Source: Gemmatimonadales bacterium (GTDB lineage: Bacteria; Gemmatimonadota; Gemmatimonadetes; Gemmatimonadales; GWC2-71-9). Taken from it: a DNA stretch of 64,000 nt. The first letter of the stretch is position 1. Each line of letters starts with the position of its first letter. The notes under the pieces are model-generated. The model made no database searches and was not told the origin of the DNA. It saw only the letters and a program-made list of their open reading frames with translations. Below, one piece after another: positions 18,464 to 26,763 of this stretch. The stretch lies in NCBI GenBank assembly GCA_036499125.1, contig DASYEH010000014.1, forward strand, positions 187,398 to 251,397, written 5' to 3'. The position numbers and the translations under genes were made by a program.

Positions 18464-21400
18464 CCGATCAATCTGTCAGCAGCGGTGACACAGTATTGCG
18501 CGATGCCATTGGCACCGTGCGTCGTCAATGGCGGCGCCGGCGGCTGATCGAAGGTGCGCCGATGATCGGGGTCGGCATCCTGGTAGCACTGGCGGTGGGC
18601 ATTGTGTTGCGCGCGCTGCTCACGTCGCCCGAGGCGATCGTGATCGCGGTGCGAGTGGCAGGATACACCGTGATCGCGGCGGCCATCGCGTGGTACCTGG
18701 TGCGTCCCGCGATGCAGCGGGTGACCGACGCGCAGATCGCGCTGTATGTCGAAGAAGCCCATCCCGAGATGCGACAACTCTTTGTGAGCGCGGTCGACGC
18801 GATGCAGTCGGCGGGCGCCGACGGTACCTCGCGTCAGTTGGGGCAGCGCCTGATGCGTCAGGCCGCCAACCAGCTGGCCGGGTTGGAGCAGGGGGCCGCG
18901 CTGGAACAGCCACAACTGCGCCGAGCTGGATGGCGCATGGCCGGGCTGCTGGCGGTTGGCGCACTCTTCGTGGCGCTGGGCCCAGCGGTGGTGCGCGACA
19001 TTGCCCGGGTGCTTTTCGTGCCGTGGGAGCATGCCGCGGCTGCGTCCATTCCGATGCTCTCGGTATCGCCGGGCAACGTATCGGTGCCGCGCGGCGGCGC
19101 GCTTGATCTGCATGCTGCCGTGCAGTCGCTGGCCGATCATGGCGCCGTGGTCGAAATGCGTGGCGATGGCGACACGACCTGGACCGTCGTTCCGATGACC
19201 CGCGATTCCACCAGTCACGGCTATGTCGCCCGGTTGCTCGACATCGATCGCAATGCGACCTATCACGTGAAGGCCGCATCCCTGCAATCGCCCGACTATC
19301 GCATCACGGTCACTGACTTGCCCACGGTCATGCAGCTCTCGCTTGAGCTGCGCTATCCGGCGTACACCGGACTCAAACCCGAACAGATCGACAACGGCGG
19401 CGACGTCGTCGGGGTCGTCGGTACCACGGCGGCGCTACGCATCGCCGCGACGCTGCCGATCCGCGCGGGCAGTCTGCATTTCGATGACGGCAGTGATCTC
19501 CCGTTGGTCCTCGATGCCGACGGCGTGCTGCACGGCGAGTTCCGGGTAGCGCACGACGGGTTCTATCGGGTCGACATGGTCGCGGCGGACGGCACGCATG
19601 TGCCTGGTTCGGTGCAGCACTCGATTGAAGCGCTGGTCGACCATCCGCCGACCGTCCGGATCGAAAAGCCCGGCCGCGACACCCGGGTGACCTCGATCGA
19701 AGAAGTCCCGCTGGCGATTCGCGCCAGCGACGACTTTGGCGTGCGCGACGTGCAACTGCACTACTCCATCAACGGCGGCGCGGACCATGTGGTCGCATTG
19801 ACTGACAGCGCCGGACATGCCAGTCTCGATTTCCGGGCCGTGCACACCTTCTTTCTGGAAGAACTGTCGCTGCATGTCGGCGACCTGGTGGCCTATCACG
19901 CCACCGTCCGCGACGGTGCCGGCAATCGCGGCTCCAGCGACATCTACTTCATGGAAGTGCGACCGTTTGACGTCAACTACCACGGGGCCGACGATAACGG
20001 CGGTGGTGGCGGCGGTGGCGGTGGTGGCGGCAACAACCCGGGGAAGCTGACCGAGCGCCAGCGCGAGCTGATCGCCGGGACCTTCAACTGGCAGCGCGAC
20101 AGCGCGCACACCAGCGACCGCGATCGCCGAGCCAATGCGACGACACTGGCGATCGGACAGGGGAAGCTGCGCGCGGATGTGGTCGACCGCGTCGCGCAGA
20201 TGGTGACGCGGGGCGTCGCGAGCAGTGATACGGTGTTCGTGCTGGTCGAGGCCGAGCTTGATAGCGCCGCACACGCCATGAAACCCGCGGAAGACGGCCT
20301 CGGTCGTCACGTCATGGGTGACGCGATTCCGGCGCAGGAGCAGGCGCTGCAGCACCTGCAGGCGGCCGATGCCGCCTATCGCGACATCACCGTGCGGCAA
20401 CAGCAAGGCGGCGGTGGTGGCGGGGGCGGCGGCGGTGCCAGCAGCAGTCCGCAGGATCTGGCCGACCTGTTCGAACTGCAGACCGACAAGCTCAAGAATC
20501 AATACGAGGCGCCGCGCACCGAGGCAACGACTGCCACGCAGCAGGCCATCGATTCGACGCAGGAGAAACTCAAGGAGCTCGCCGCGCGCCAGCAGCAGGA
20601 GAACGAACGGCAGCAGCGTCTTGCGGCGGAGATGGAGCAGCGGCTCGGCCAGACGGCGTCGGCGAGCGGCGGGCAAGGATCCGGTGGCGGCAGCGGATCG
20701 AGCGGGCAGGGCCAGCGTGGGCAAGCCGGTCAATCGGGACAGTCGGGCCAACAAACGCCACGCCAGGGACAGCAACTGGCTCGCAGCGCAAGCGGTGGGG
20801 CAACTGGCAGCAGTCAGCGCGACCTGGCCCGGCAGGCGGAGGAGCAGGCGCGCCAACTTGAAAAGCTGGCGCGCGACCAGAACTCACCCGAACTCGACGA
20901 CGCAGCCCAACGGCTACAGCAAGCCGCCGACGCAATGCGCCAGGCAGCGGCGGGTTCGGCTCAGCAAGGGGCTACGGCGGTGGATCGGTTGCGGGATGCC
21001 GCCCGGAACCTGCAAGGTGCGCAGACGGCGACACAGGGTCAGGCAATTGACGACCTCGCGCGTCGAGCGGGGGATCTCGGCAGACAGCAGGAACAGATCG
21101 CTCACGACGTGAATGCGCTCGGCGGCGTGCCGCAGAGCGAACAAACCAAGCGTGCAGACGATATTGACGCCCGCAAGGATGCGCTGTCACAGGCCGTGAG
21201 CCAGCTCGGTGCGGACGCCGATCGCGTCGCGAGCCAGACGCGGCGTGACCAGCCGAAAGCGGCGGCCGCTGCGCAGACGGCTGCCGATGAAATCCGGAAT
21301 CGCCGCTTGCCCGAGCTGATCAACTACTCCAAGAACGTGATCCGCAGCGGGTCGCCAGAATATGCGCGGCAGTACGAAGCGGAAATCAGTGAGACCGTTG

Positions 21401-22320
21401 ACAGCGTCGCGAAACGGCTCGCGGCAGCAGCAGGGTCGGTTGGGGCCCCGCGCGATCAGCAGCAATCTCTGGCGGTGGCACGAACCTCGGACCTCGTCCG
21501 CGAGCTCGAGTCGTTGCGTGATCGGACCGTGGCGCAGGCGTCGGCTGGAGCGGGGGCGCCTGATTCCGCCGGACAGCGGGCGGGAGCGCGAGGCCAAGGG
21601 ACGGCTGGACAAGGCAAAGGCCAGGATCAGGGTCGCGGCGAGCAGTCGGGCCAACGGGGTCAAGGTCAGGGCCGGGGTCAAGGTCAGGGTCAGGGTCAAG
21701 GCCAGAGCCAGGGTCAGGGCCAAGGTCAGGGTCAGGGTCAGGGTCAGGGTCAGGGTCAGGGTCAGGGTCAGGGTCAGGGCCAAGGTCGCGGCGAGCCGTC
21801 GGGCCAACGGGGCCAAGGTCAGGGGCAAGGCCAGGGTCAGCGTCAGGGCCAAGGTCGCGGCGAGCCGTCGGGCCAACGGGGCCAAGGGCAGGGGCAGGGG
21901 CAGCCGGGCGGTTCGGGCCAGGGCGGCGGTCCCGGCGGTCGGGCAACCGGTTCGGCCGTGGCGGGTCCGGGATCGACGATTGGCGATCCGCGTCAGTTCC
22001 GCGGTGAAGTCGCCGCCCGCCGCGAAGCTGCGGAATCGCTGCGCACCGACCTCAAGCGGCAGGGAGTGGACGTCAGCACACTCGATCATGCGATCGATCA
22101 GCTCGGGCAGCTACAGACCGCCACCAATCCGGGGCGGATCGACCAACTGCAGTCCGCGATCGTCGCCGAACTCAAGGACTTTGAATACAACGTCTGGCGT
22201 TCGTTGATTGGTGGCCAGGCGGGTCAGGGTGCGCTTGGTTCAGCCAGCCAGATTCCGCCCCAGTATCGCGGCATTGCCGAGGAGTACTACCGGGCACTGG
22301 CGCGAAAAGGGCCGCAATGA
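18460..22320 (+). CDS. Large membrane-anchored low-complexity protein (DUF4175-like terminal member of the MoxR/VWA operon)
   Basis: ATGA overlap. Two N-terminal TM helices, a beta-rich middle, two poly-Gly runs, a long Q/A/R-rich coiled-coil-like region and GQ dipeptide repeats. The family assignment is tentative. Confidence 0.65.
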   Translation: MTDQSVSSGDTVLRDAIGTVRRQWRRRRLIEGAPMIGVGILVALAVGIVLRALLTSPEAIVIAVRVAGYTVIAAAIAWYLVRPAMQRVTDAQIALYVEEAHPEMRQLFVSAVDAMQSAGADGTSRQLGQRLMRQAANQLAGLEQGAALEQPQLRRAGWRMAGLLAVGALFVALGPAVVRDIARVLFVPWEHAAAASIPMLSVSPGNVSVPRGGALDLHAAVQSLADHGAVVEMRGDGDTTWTVVPMTRDSTSHGYVARLLDIDRNATYHVKAASLQSPDYRITVTDLPTVMQLSLELRYPAYTGLKPEQIDNGGDVVGVVGTTAALRIAATLPIRAGSLHFDDGSDLPLVLDADGVLHGEFRVAHDGFYRVDMVAADGTHVPGSVQHSIEALVDHPPTVRIEKPGRDTRVTSIEEVPLAIRASDDFGVRDVQLHYSINGGADHVVALTDSAGHASLDFRAVHTFFLEELSLHVGDLVAYHATVRDGAGNRGSSDIYFMEVRPFDVNYHGADDNGGGGGGGGGGGNNPGKLTERQRELIAGTFNWQRDSAHTSDRDRRANATTLAIGQGKLRADVVDRVAQMVTRGVASSDTVFVLVEAELDSAAHAMKPAEDGLGRHVMGDAIPAQEQALQHLQAADAAYRDITVRQQQGGGGGGGGGGASSSPQDLADLFELQTDKLKNQYEAPRTEATTATQQAIDSTQEKLKELAARQQQENERQQRLAAEMEQRLGQTASASGGQGSGGGSGSSGQGQRGQAGQSGQSGQQTPRQGQQLARSASGGATGSSQRDLARQAEEQARQLEKLARDQNSPELDDAAQRLQQAADAMRQAAAGSAQQGATAVDRLRDAARNLQGAQTATQGQAIDDLARRAGDLGRQQEQIAHDVNALGGVPQSEQTKRADDIDARKDALSQAVSQLGADADRVASQTRRDQPKAAAAAQTAADEIRNRRLPELINYSKNVIRSGSPEYARQYEAEISETVDSVAKRLAAAAGSVGAPRDQQQSLAVARTSDLVRELESLRDRTVAQASAGAGAPDSAGQRAGARGQGTAGQGKGQDQGRGEQSGQRGQGQGRGQGQGQGQGQSQGQGQGQGQGQGQGQGQGQGQGQGQGRGEPSGQRGQGQGQGQGQRQGQGRGEPSGQRGQGQGQGQPGGSGQGGGPGGRATGSAVAGPGSTIGDPRQFRGEVAARREAAESLRTDLKRQGVDVSTLDHAIDQLGQLQTATNPGRIDQLQSAIVAELKDFEYNVWRSLIGGQAGQGALGSASQIPPQYRGIAEEYYRALARKGPQ
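21631..21921 (+). repeat. In-frame microsatellite / minisatellite block: (GGTCAG)n plus three copies of a GRGE(Q/P)SGQRGQGQG-encoding unit
   Basis: Nine perfect GGTCAG units at 21724-21777, flanked by degenerate GGYCAR units. ggtcgcggcgagc(a/c)gtcgggccaacgggg starts at 21631, 21784 and 21853; the last two are 69 bp apart. Confidence 0.9.
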
Positions 22321-22508
22321 TGTGAGCCGCGCTGTCGCGCACGCAGCGCACCACCCCTGCGGCCGGCCTGTGGGCGAGGACCCACGTCCAGCCAAACGAC
22401 GTCTGTCGCGCCGATGCCGCACCGCCGCGGCCACTCCGGACCGCGCGGCGACTTGAGATTTACCGCTTCGATCCGACCGCCCTGTTTCTTGACGTTCGAC
22501 CGTAGGGC

Positions 22509-23345
22509 ATGGGATCGATGGCTATCCCGAGACGGCAGTATCGTGGACCGATGCTTGCTGTGTACCGGGGTGTGAAGCCAACCAAACCGGCACCGACACA
22601 AACCACGACCGACGCGCTCTGGCGCAGTTGGCGCGATAAAGGCGATGCCGAAGCGCGTCGTGAGCTGCTGGGCCGCTACCTCGGTCTGGTGCATCACGCA
22701 GCGCGAGAAGTCGCCCCGCGGGTGCGGGATGCCGTGTCACTCGACGAACTGGTCTCGGCCGGTTCAGTCGGCCTGCTGCAGGCGATGGACGGCTTTGATA
22801 TCGATCGGGGCCTGGCATTCTCCACCTTTGCCATGCGCCGAATCCGGGGGGCGATCCTTGACGAACTTCGGGCCCGGGATCCGCTCTCGCGAGCTGATCG
22901 GGCCCATGTGCGGCAACTCGACTCCGCCACCGCCGAGCTGGAGCAGAAGGGCGGGCGCGCCCCGACCCCGACCGAAGTCGCCCAGCATCTCGGCGTCGAC
23001 GACGAAACGGTTCACCGCTGGCGCCGCCGCACGGCACACGCCGGGTACGTCTCACTCGAAACCGAAGCCAATGGGCGCAATCTCGCCGATCAGGTCGGCG
23101 ACGAAACAACGACGGCTGCAGACGGCAACCTGGAACTCGCTGAGCGAAGCGGGGCGATTCGGGCCGCGCTGCAAGACCTGCCGGTCCGCGAGCGGCTGGT
23201 GGTGTCCCGCTCATACTTTGAGGAGCGCCCGCTTCGCGAAATTGCCGAAGAGCTCGGCGTAACCGAATCACGCGTTTGCCAGCTCCGGGCTCAGGCGCTT
23301 GCCCGGCTGCGCCGCGCTCCCGCCATGATGTACGCCAACGAGTAG
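22509..23345 (+). CDS. fliA: Sigma-70 family RNA polymerase sigma factor, FliA/WhiG (group 3) type
   Basis: Region 2 (YLGLVHHAAREV, DELVSAGSVGLLQAMDGFD, FSTFAMRRIRGAILDELR), region 3, and region 4.2 HTH (REIAEELGVTESRVCQLRAQALARLR). The start could be 22509, 22518 or 22551. Confidence 0.75.
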   Translation: MGSMAIPRRQYRGPMLAVYRGVKPTKPAPTQTTTDALWRSWRDKGDAEARRELLGRYLGLVHHAAREVAPRVRDAVSLDELVSAGSVGLLQAMDGFDIDRGLAFSTFAMRRIRGAILDELRARDPLSRADRAHVRQLDSATAELEQKGGRAPTPTEVAQHLGVDDETVHRWRRRTAHAGYVSLETEANGRNLADQVGDETTTAADGNLELAERSGAIRAALQDLPVRERLVVSRSYFEERPLREIAEELGVTESRVCQLRAQALARLRRAPAMMYANE

Positions 23346-23439
23346 GCCCCGTCCGCAGCTCCCTCCGCCGCGCATTTGATGTTCCGTTGAAGGTCAGCCC
23401 TTAGATTCACGCATCGTCCCTGGAAGAGATTCTGGAGCG

Positions 23440-24327
23440 TTGCCAATGCGTGCTGCCTTTGCGGAAATTGTGGACTATGCCGGGCTTTTCCCGCCGGCCA
23501 GCTGTTCCATGGAACAAGCGGTCAAGCAATACGACGAGTATCGAAAATCCACCGATCGGTGGATGCTCGGGCGATTTGTCGTGGCCGCGATCCGGCTGGA
23601 GGAGATGACCGAGGTCGTGACCAGGCTGGGTATCCAGCCCAATCCCGATGACCCGTGGCGGCTGAGCGTTGTCATGGGCGCCTTGATCGCCGACGAGCTG
23701 GCCCGAATCGCCCAATTCCAGGCTGCCTGGCAGGGCCGGGGGATCATCGCTGACTCGGTCGAATATCGAGTCTCGTCGGTCGGGCAGGTCCGGGTGGTGG
23801 CAGAGCAGATTCCAGCCCATTTCCGCCGGTTTTTCGAGGTGCCGCTGGCAACGTTGCCGGATGGCCTGGTCGGCGAGATCGGCCTGGCGGGCGCGTTCGC
23901 GAAGATCCGGACGGGGGGGACAACCGCGGACCTCTTTCCGACCGTTCCCGACCTGGTCCGATTCCTGGGCGAGGCGGCCCGCCATAAGGTCCCTTTCAAG
24001 GCGACGGCCGGGTTGCACCACCCGCTGCGCGGAGGCTATCCGCTCACCTACGACGTGCACTCCGAACATGTGCTGATGTACGGATTCGTGAACCTGCTCC
24101 TGGCCACGGCTGAGTTCATCCGAGGTGGTGAGGACGAAACGGCCGAGGCGATCCTGGATGAGCAGTTTGCCCGGGTCTTTGTGCGGGACGGCGCCGATAT
24201 TCGTTGGCGTGGGGTACGTTTCACTGCGCAGGAACTGGCCGTCGCCCACCAGCAGCTCTTTCTCGGATTCGGATCGTGCTCGTTTCGTGAACCGGTCGAT
24301 GAACTCGGCCTCGGGGTGAACGTATGA
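23440..24327 (+). CDS. Conserved-looking hypothetical protein, translationally coupled to fumarylacetoacetase
   Basis: 295-aa ORF with coding-type composition. Motifs AKIRTGG and FKATAGLHHPLRG. No family recognised. ATGA overlap with the downstream gene. Confidence 0.55.
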   Translation: MPMRAAFAEIVDYAGLFPPASCSMEQAVKQYDEYRKSTDRWMLGRFVVAAIRLEEMTEVVTRLGIQPNPDDPWRLSVVMGALIADELARIAQFQAAWQGRGIIADSVEYRVSSVGQVRVVAEQIPAHFRRFFEVPLATLPDGLVGEIGLAGAFAKIRTGGTTADLFPTVPDLVRFLGEAARHKVPFKATAGLHHPLRGGYPLTYDVHSEHVLMYGFVNLLLATAEFIRGGEDETAEAILDEQFARVFVRDGADIRWRGVRFTAQELAVAHQQLFLGFGSCSFREPVDELGLGVNV

Positions 24328-25616
24328 CGTCGCTCGATCGCTCGCACGACCCGACGCGCACCAGCTGGGTATCCAGTGCGGCCGGCCACGCCGAGTTCCC
24401 GATCCAGAACCTCCCCTATGCACGAGTCCATCTCGGGAAAAGCGCCGGCGCGGTGGCCGTCGCCATTGGCGATGAAGCACTGCTGCTCGCGCCGGCGTTT
24501 GAAGCGGGCTTCGGTGCCGACCTCCCCGAGGGCGCCCGCACGGTTGCCGCATCGGCGCTCAACATCTTCGCCAGCCGGCCCGCCGACGAATGGCGCGCCG
24601 TGCGATTGGCCATCAGCGATGCGCTCTCCGACCCGGCATGGGAAGAGCGGCTCCGCCCAGCGTTAGTGCCGATCGCGTCATTGCACTTCCTGGTGCCATT
24701 CCAGATCTACGACTACACCGATTTTTACGCCTCGATCCATCACGCGACCAACGTCGGTTCGATGTTTCGTCCCGATAACCCGCTACTGCCGAACTACAAG
24801 TGGGTTCCAATCGGCTATCACGGGCGGGCGTCATCGATTGTCGTGTCGGGTACTGCGGTGCGCCGCCCGCGCGGACAGACGTTGCCGGCGGCTGATGCGC
24901 AGCCAGTCTTTGGGCCGGCCCGGTCGCTCGATTATGAACTCGAGCTGGGGTTGTTCATCGGCGGGCGCAATCCGCTCGGTACGCCGGTCACCGCAGCCGC
25001 AGCGTCGCAGCGGATTTTCGGAAGCTGCCTGCTCAACGACTGGTCTGCCCGCGACGTCCAATCGTGGGAATACCAACCGCTCGGACCCTTTCTCGCCAAG
25101 AACTTTGCCACCACGATTTCGCCCTGGGTCGTGACCGCGGACGCGCTGCTGCCGTTTCGTACCACGATGCCAGCGCGTCCGGAAGGGGACCCGGCGCCGC
25201 TCGAATACCTGCGGGTTCCGGATGACTGGACCATCAGCGCGACGATGGAAGTGACGCTGTCGACCAGCTCGATGCGGAGCGCCGGCCGAGCACCCTTTGG
25301 CGTGAGCGAAGTCGAGTTCGCCGAAGCGATGTACTGGAGCCCTTCGCAGCTGGTCACTCATCATGGCAGCAACGGATGCAATCTCTATCCCGGTGACCTG
25401 ATCGGAACAGGAACCGTGTCAGGCCCTGCGGCGGGATCTCGCGGCTGTCTGCTCGAGCGCACGTGGCGGGGCACTGAGCCGCTCGCGCTGCCGGGCGACG
25501 AACGGCGCAAGTTTCTCGAGGATGGCGATGAGGTGATCATGCGCGCGCATTGTCACGCCGACGACGCGGTGTCGATCGGGTTCGGCGAATGCCGCGGAAT
25601 GATCATTCCGGCGTGA
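24324..25616 (+). CDS. fahA: Fumarylacetoacetase (fumarylacetoacetate hydrolase)
   Basis: N-terminal FPIQNLPY and FYASIHHATNVGSMFRPDNPLLPNYKWVPIGYHGRASS, a C-terminal FAH fold (LDYELELG, LLNDWSARD), and the appropriate length (430 aa). Confidence 0.85.
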   Translation: MTSLDRSHDPTRTSWVSSAAGHAEFPIQNLPYARVHLGKSAGAVAVAIGDEALLLAPAFEAGFGADLPEGARTVAASALNIFASRPADEWRAVRLAISDALSDPAWEERLRPALVPIASLHFLVPFQIYDYTDFYASIHHATNVGSMFRPDNPLLPNYKWVPIGYHGRASSIVVSGTAVRRPRGQTLPAADAQPVFGPARSLDYELELGLFIGGRNPLGTPVTAAAASQRIFGSCLLNDWSARDVQSWEYQPLGPFLAKNFATTISPWVVTADALLPFRTTMPARPEGDPAPLEYLRVPDDWTISATMEVTLSTSSMRSAGRAPFGVSEVEFAEAMYWSPSQLVTHHGSNGCNLYPGDLIGTGTVSGPAAGSRGCLLERTWRGTEPLALPGDERRKFLEDGDEVIMRAHCHADDAVSIGFGECRGMIIPA

Positions 25617-26128
25617 CCGAGTCGGCGGGAGCGGTCACGGTCCGCTGGCTGGCAATGTCGGCGCCCGACGACCACCAGCCGGGGCGGCCGCTGCCGTCTG
25701 ACGTCCTGGTGCGGCAGGTCGCTGCCAGCGACTGCGCCCCGCTGGCCAGCGAGCTCTACCGCCGGGTTGGTACGCCATGGCAGTGGACTGACCGACAGCA
25801 TTGGACCGTTGACGAGTGGCGTGCCGCGGTCGACCGTCCAGGCGTGGAACTGTGGACGCTCTCGGTTGGTGGCTCCCTGGCGGGCTATTTTCAACTTCAT
25901 GCGAGCGACGATGACGTCGAAATCAAGTACTTCGGATTGCTGCCGGAATGGATCGGTCGCGGGCTGGGCGGCGGGTTGCTCTCGCGTGCGGTCGATCGTG
26001 CCTGGGAACTCACGCCGGTTCGCGTGACACTCAATACCTGCTCACTTGATCATCCTGCGGCGCTGGCCAACTATCTGGCGCGCGGCTTCCGGGTGATCCG
26101 CTCTGCCGCGCGGGACGAAGGCGCGTGA
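25613..26128 (+). CDS. GNAT-family N-acetyltransferase
   Basis: GTGA overlap with the fahA stop (alternative ATG 25655). Acetyl-CoA pocket-like motif LLPEWIGRGLGGGLLSRAV, with ANYLARGFRV at the C-terminus. Confidence 0.7.
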   Translation: MTESAGAVTVRWLAMSAPDDHQPGRPLPSDVLVRQVAASDCAPLASELYRRVGTPWQWTDRQHWTVDEWRAAVDRPGVELWTLSVGGSLAGYFQLHASDDDVEIKYFGLLPEWIGRGLGGGLLSRAVDRAWELTPVRVTLNTCSLDHPAALANYLARGFRVIRSAARDEGA

Positions 26129-26763
26129 AGCTCGCCGATATCCGGCGCGAGTATGCCCGCGCAGTGCTCAACGAATCCGATACCGATCCTGATCCGCTGC
26201 AGCAGTTGCGTCGCTGGCTGACGGCGGCTGAACACGCGGAGGTGGCCGAACTCAATGCGATGACACTCGCGACGGCCGACGCATCCGGGCAGCCGAGCGC
26301 GCGGATTGTCCTGCTGAAAGGTCTCGACGCGACCGGGTTGCAGTTTTTTACGGATTACCGCTCGCGCAAGGCGAGTGAACTCGCTGCCAATCCCCGGGCT
26401 GCAGTCGTGATCCACTGGCCCGAGCTCGAACGCCAGGTGCGGGCCGTCGGTGCCGTGGAGCGGCTCGATCCGGCCGAGTCGTGGGCGTACTTCCGGACGC
26501 GTCCGGCGGGCTCGCAGGTTGGCGCGTGGGCATCGCAGCAAAGTGCGCCGATTGCCAGCCGGGATGTGCTCGACCGCGAGGTCGCCCGAGTGCAGGGCGA
26601 GTTTGCAGGGCACGAGATTCCGCTGCCGCCGCACTGGGGCGGTTATCGGCTGGTACCGCAGGAGATGGAGTTCTGGCAAGGACGACCGAGTCGACTGCAC
26701 GACCGGATTCATTACTCTCGCAACGGACAGACTGAATGGCACCGTGTTCGCCTCGCACCCTGA
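26125..26763 (+). CDS. pdxH: Pyridoxamine 5'-phosphate oxidase
   Basis: GTGA overlap. RIVLLKG, FFTDYRSRKASEL, ERQVR, YFRTRP, SQQS, HWGGYRL and EFWQGRPSRLHDR all match the PdxH pattern. Confidence 0.9.
   Translation: MKLADIRREYARAVLNESDTDPDPLQQLRRWLTAAEHAEVAELNAMTLATADASGQPSARIVLLKGLDATGLQFFTDYRSRKASELAANPRAAVVIHWPELERQVRAVGAVERLDPAESWAYFRTRPAGSQVGAWASQQSAPIASRDVLDREVARVQGEFAGHEIPLPPHWGGYRLVPQEMEFWQGRPSRLHDRIHYSRNGQTEWHRVRLAP

Noticed and set aside
21187-22207. ORFs 21187..22089 (-), 21362..22207 (+) and 21386..21946 (-), which overlap the GQ-repeat region.
   Set aside because: The hexanucleotide repeat keeps every frame open. Their products are pure low-complexity (LTLT..., VRVR..., PDPD...). 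The frame of 18460..22320 is continuous with flanking non-repetitive coding sequence.
22321-22508. Possible promoter (TTGACG at about 22488) upstream of the sigma factor gene.
   Set aside because: I could not pair it with a convincing -10 element at proper spacing. The support is too weak to annotate.
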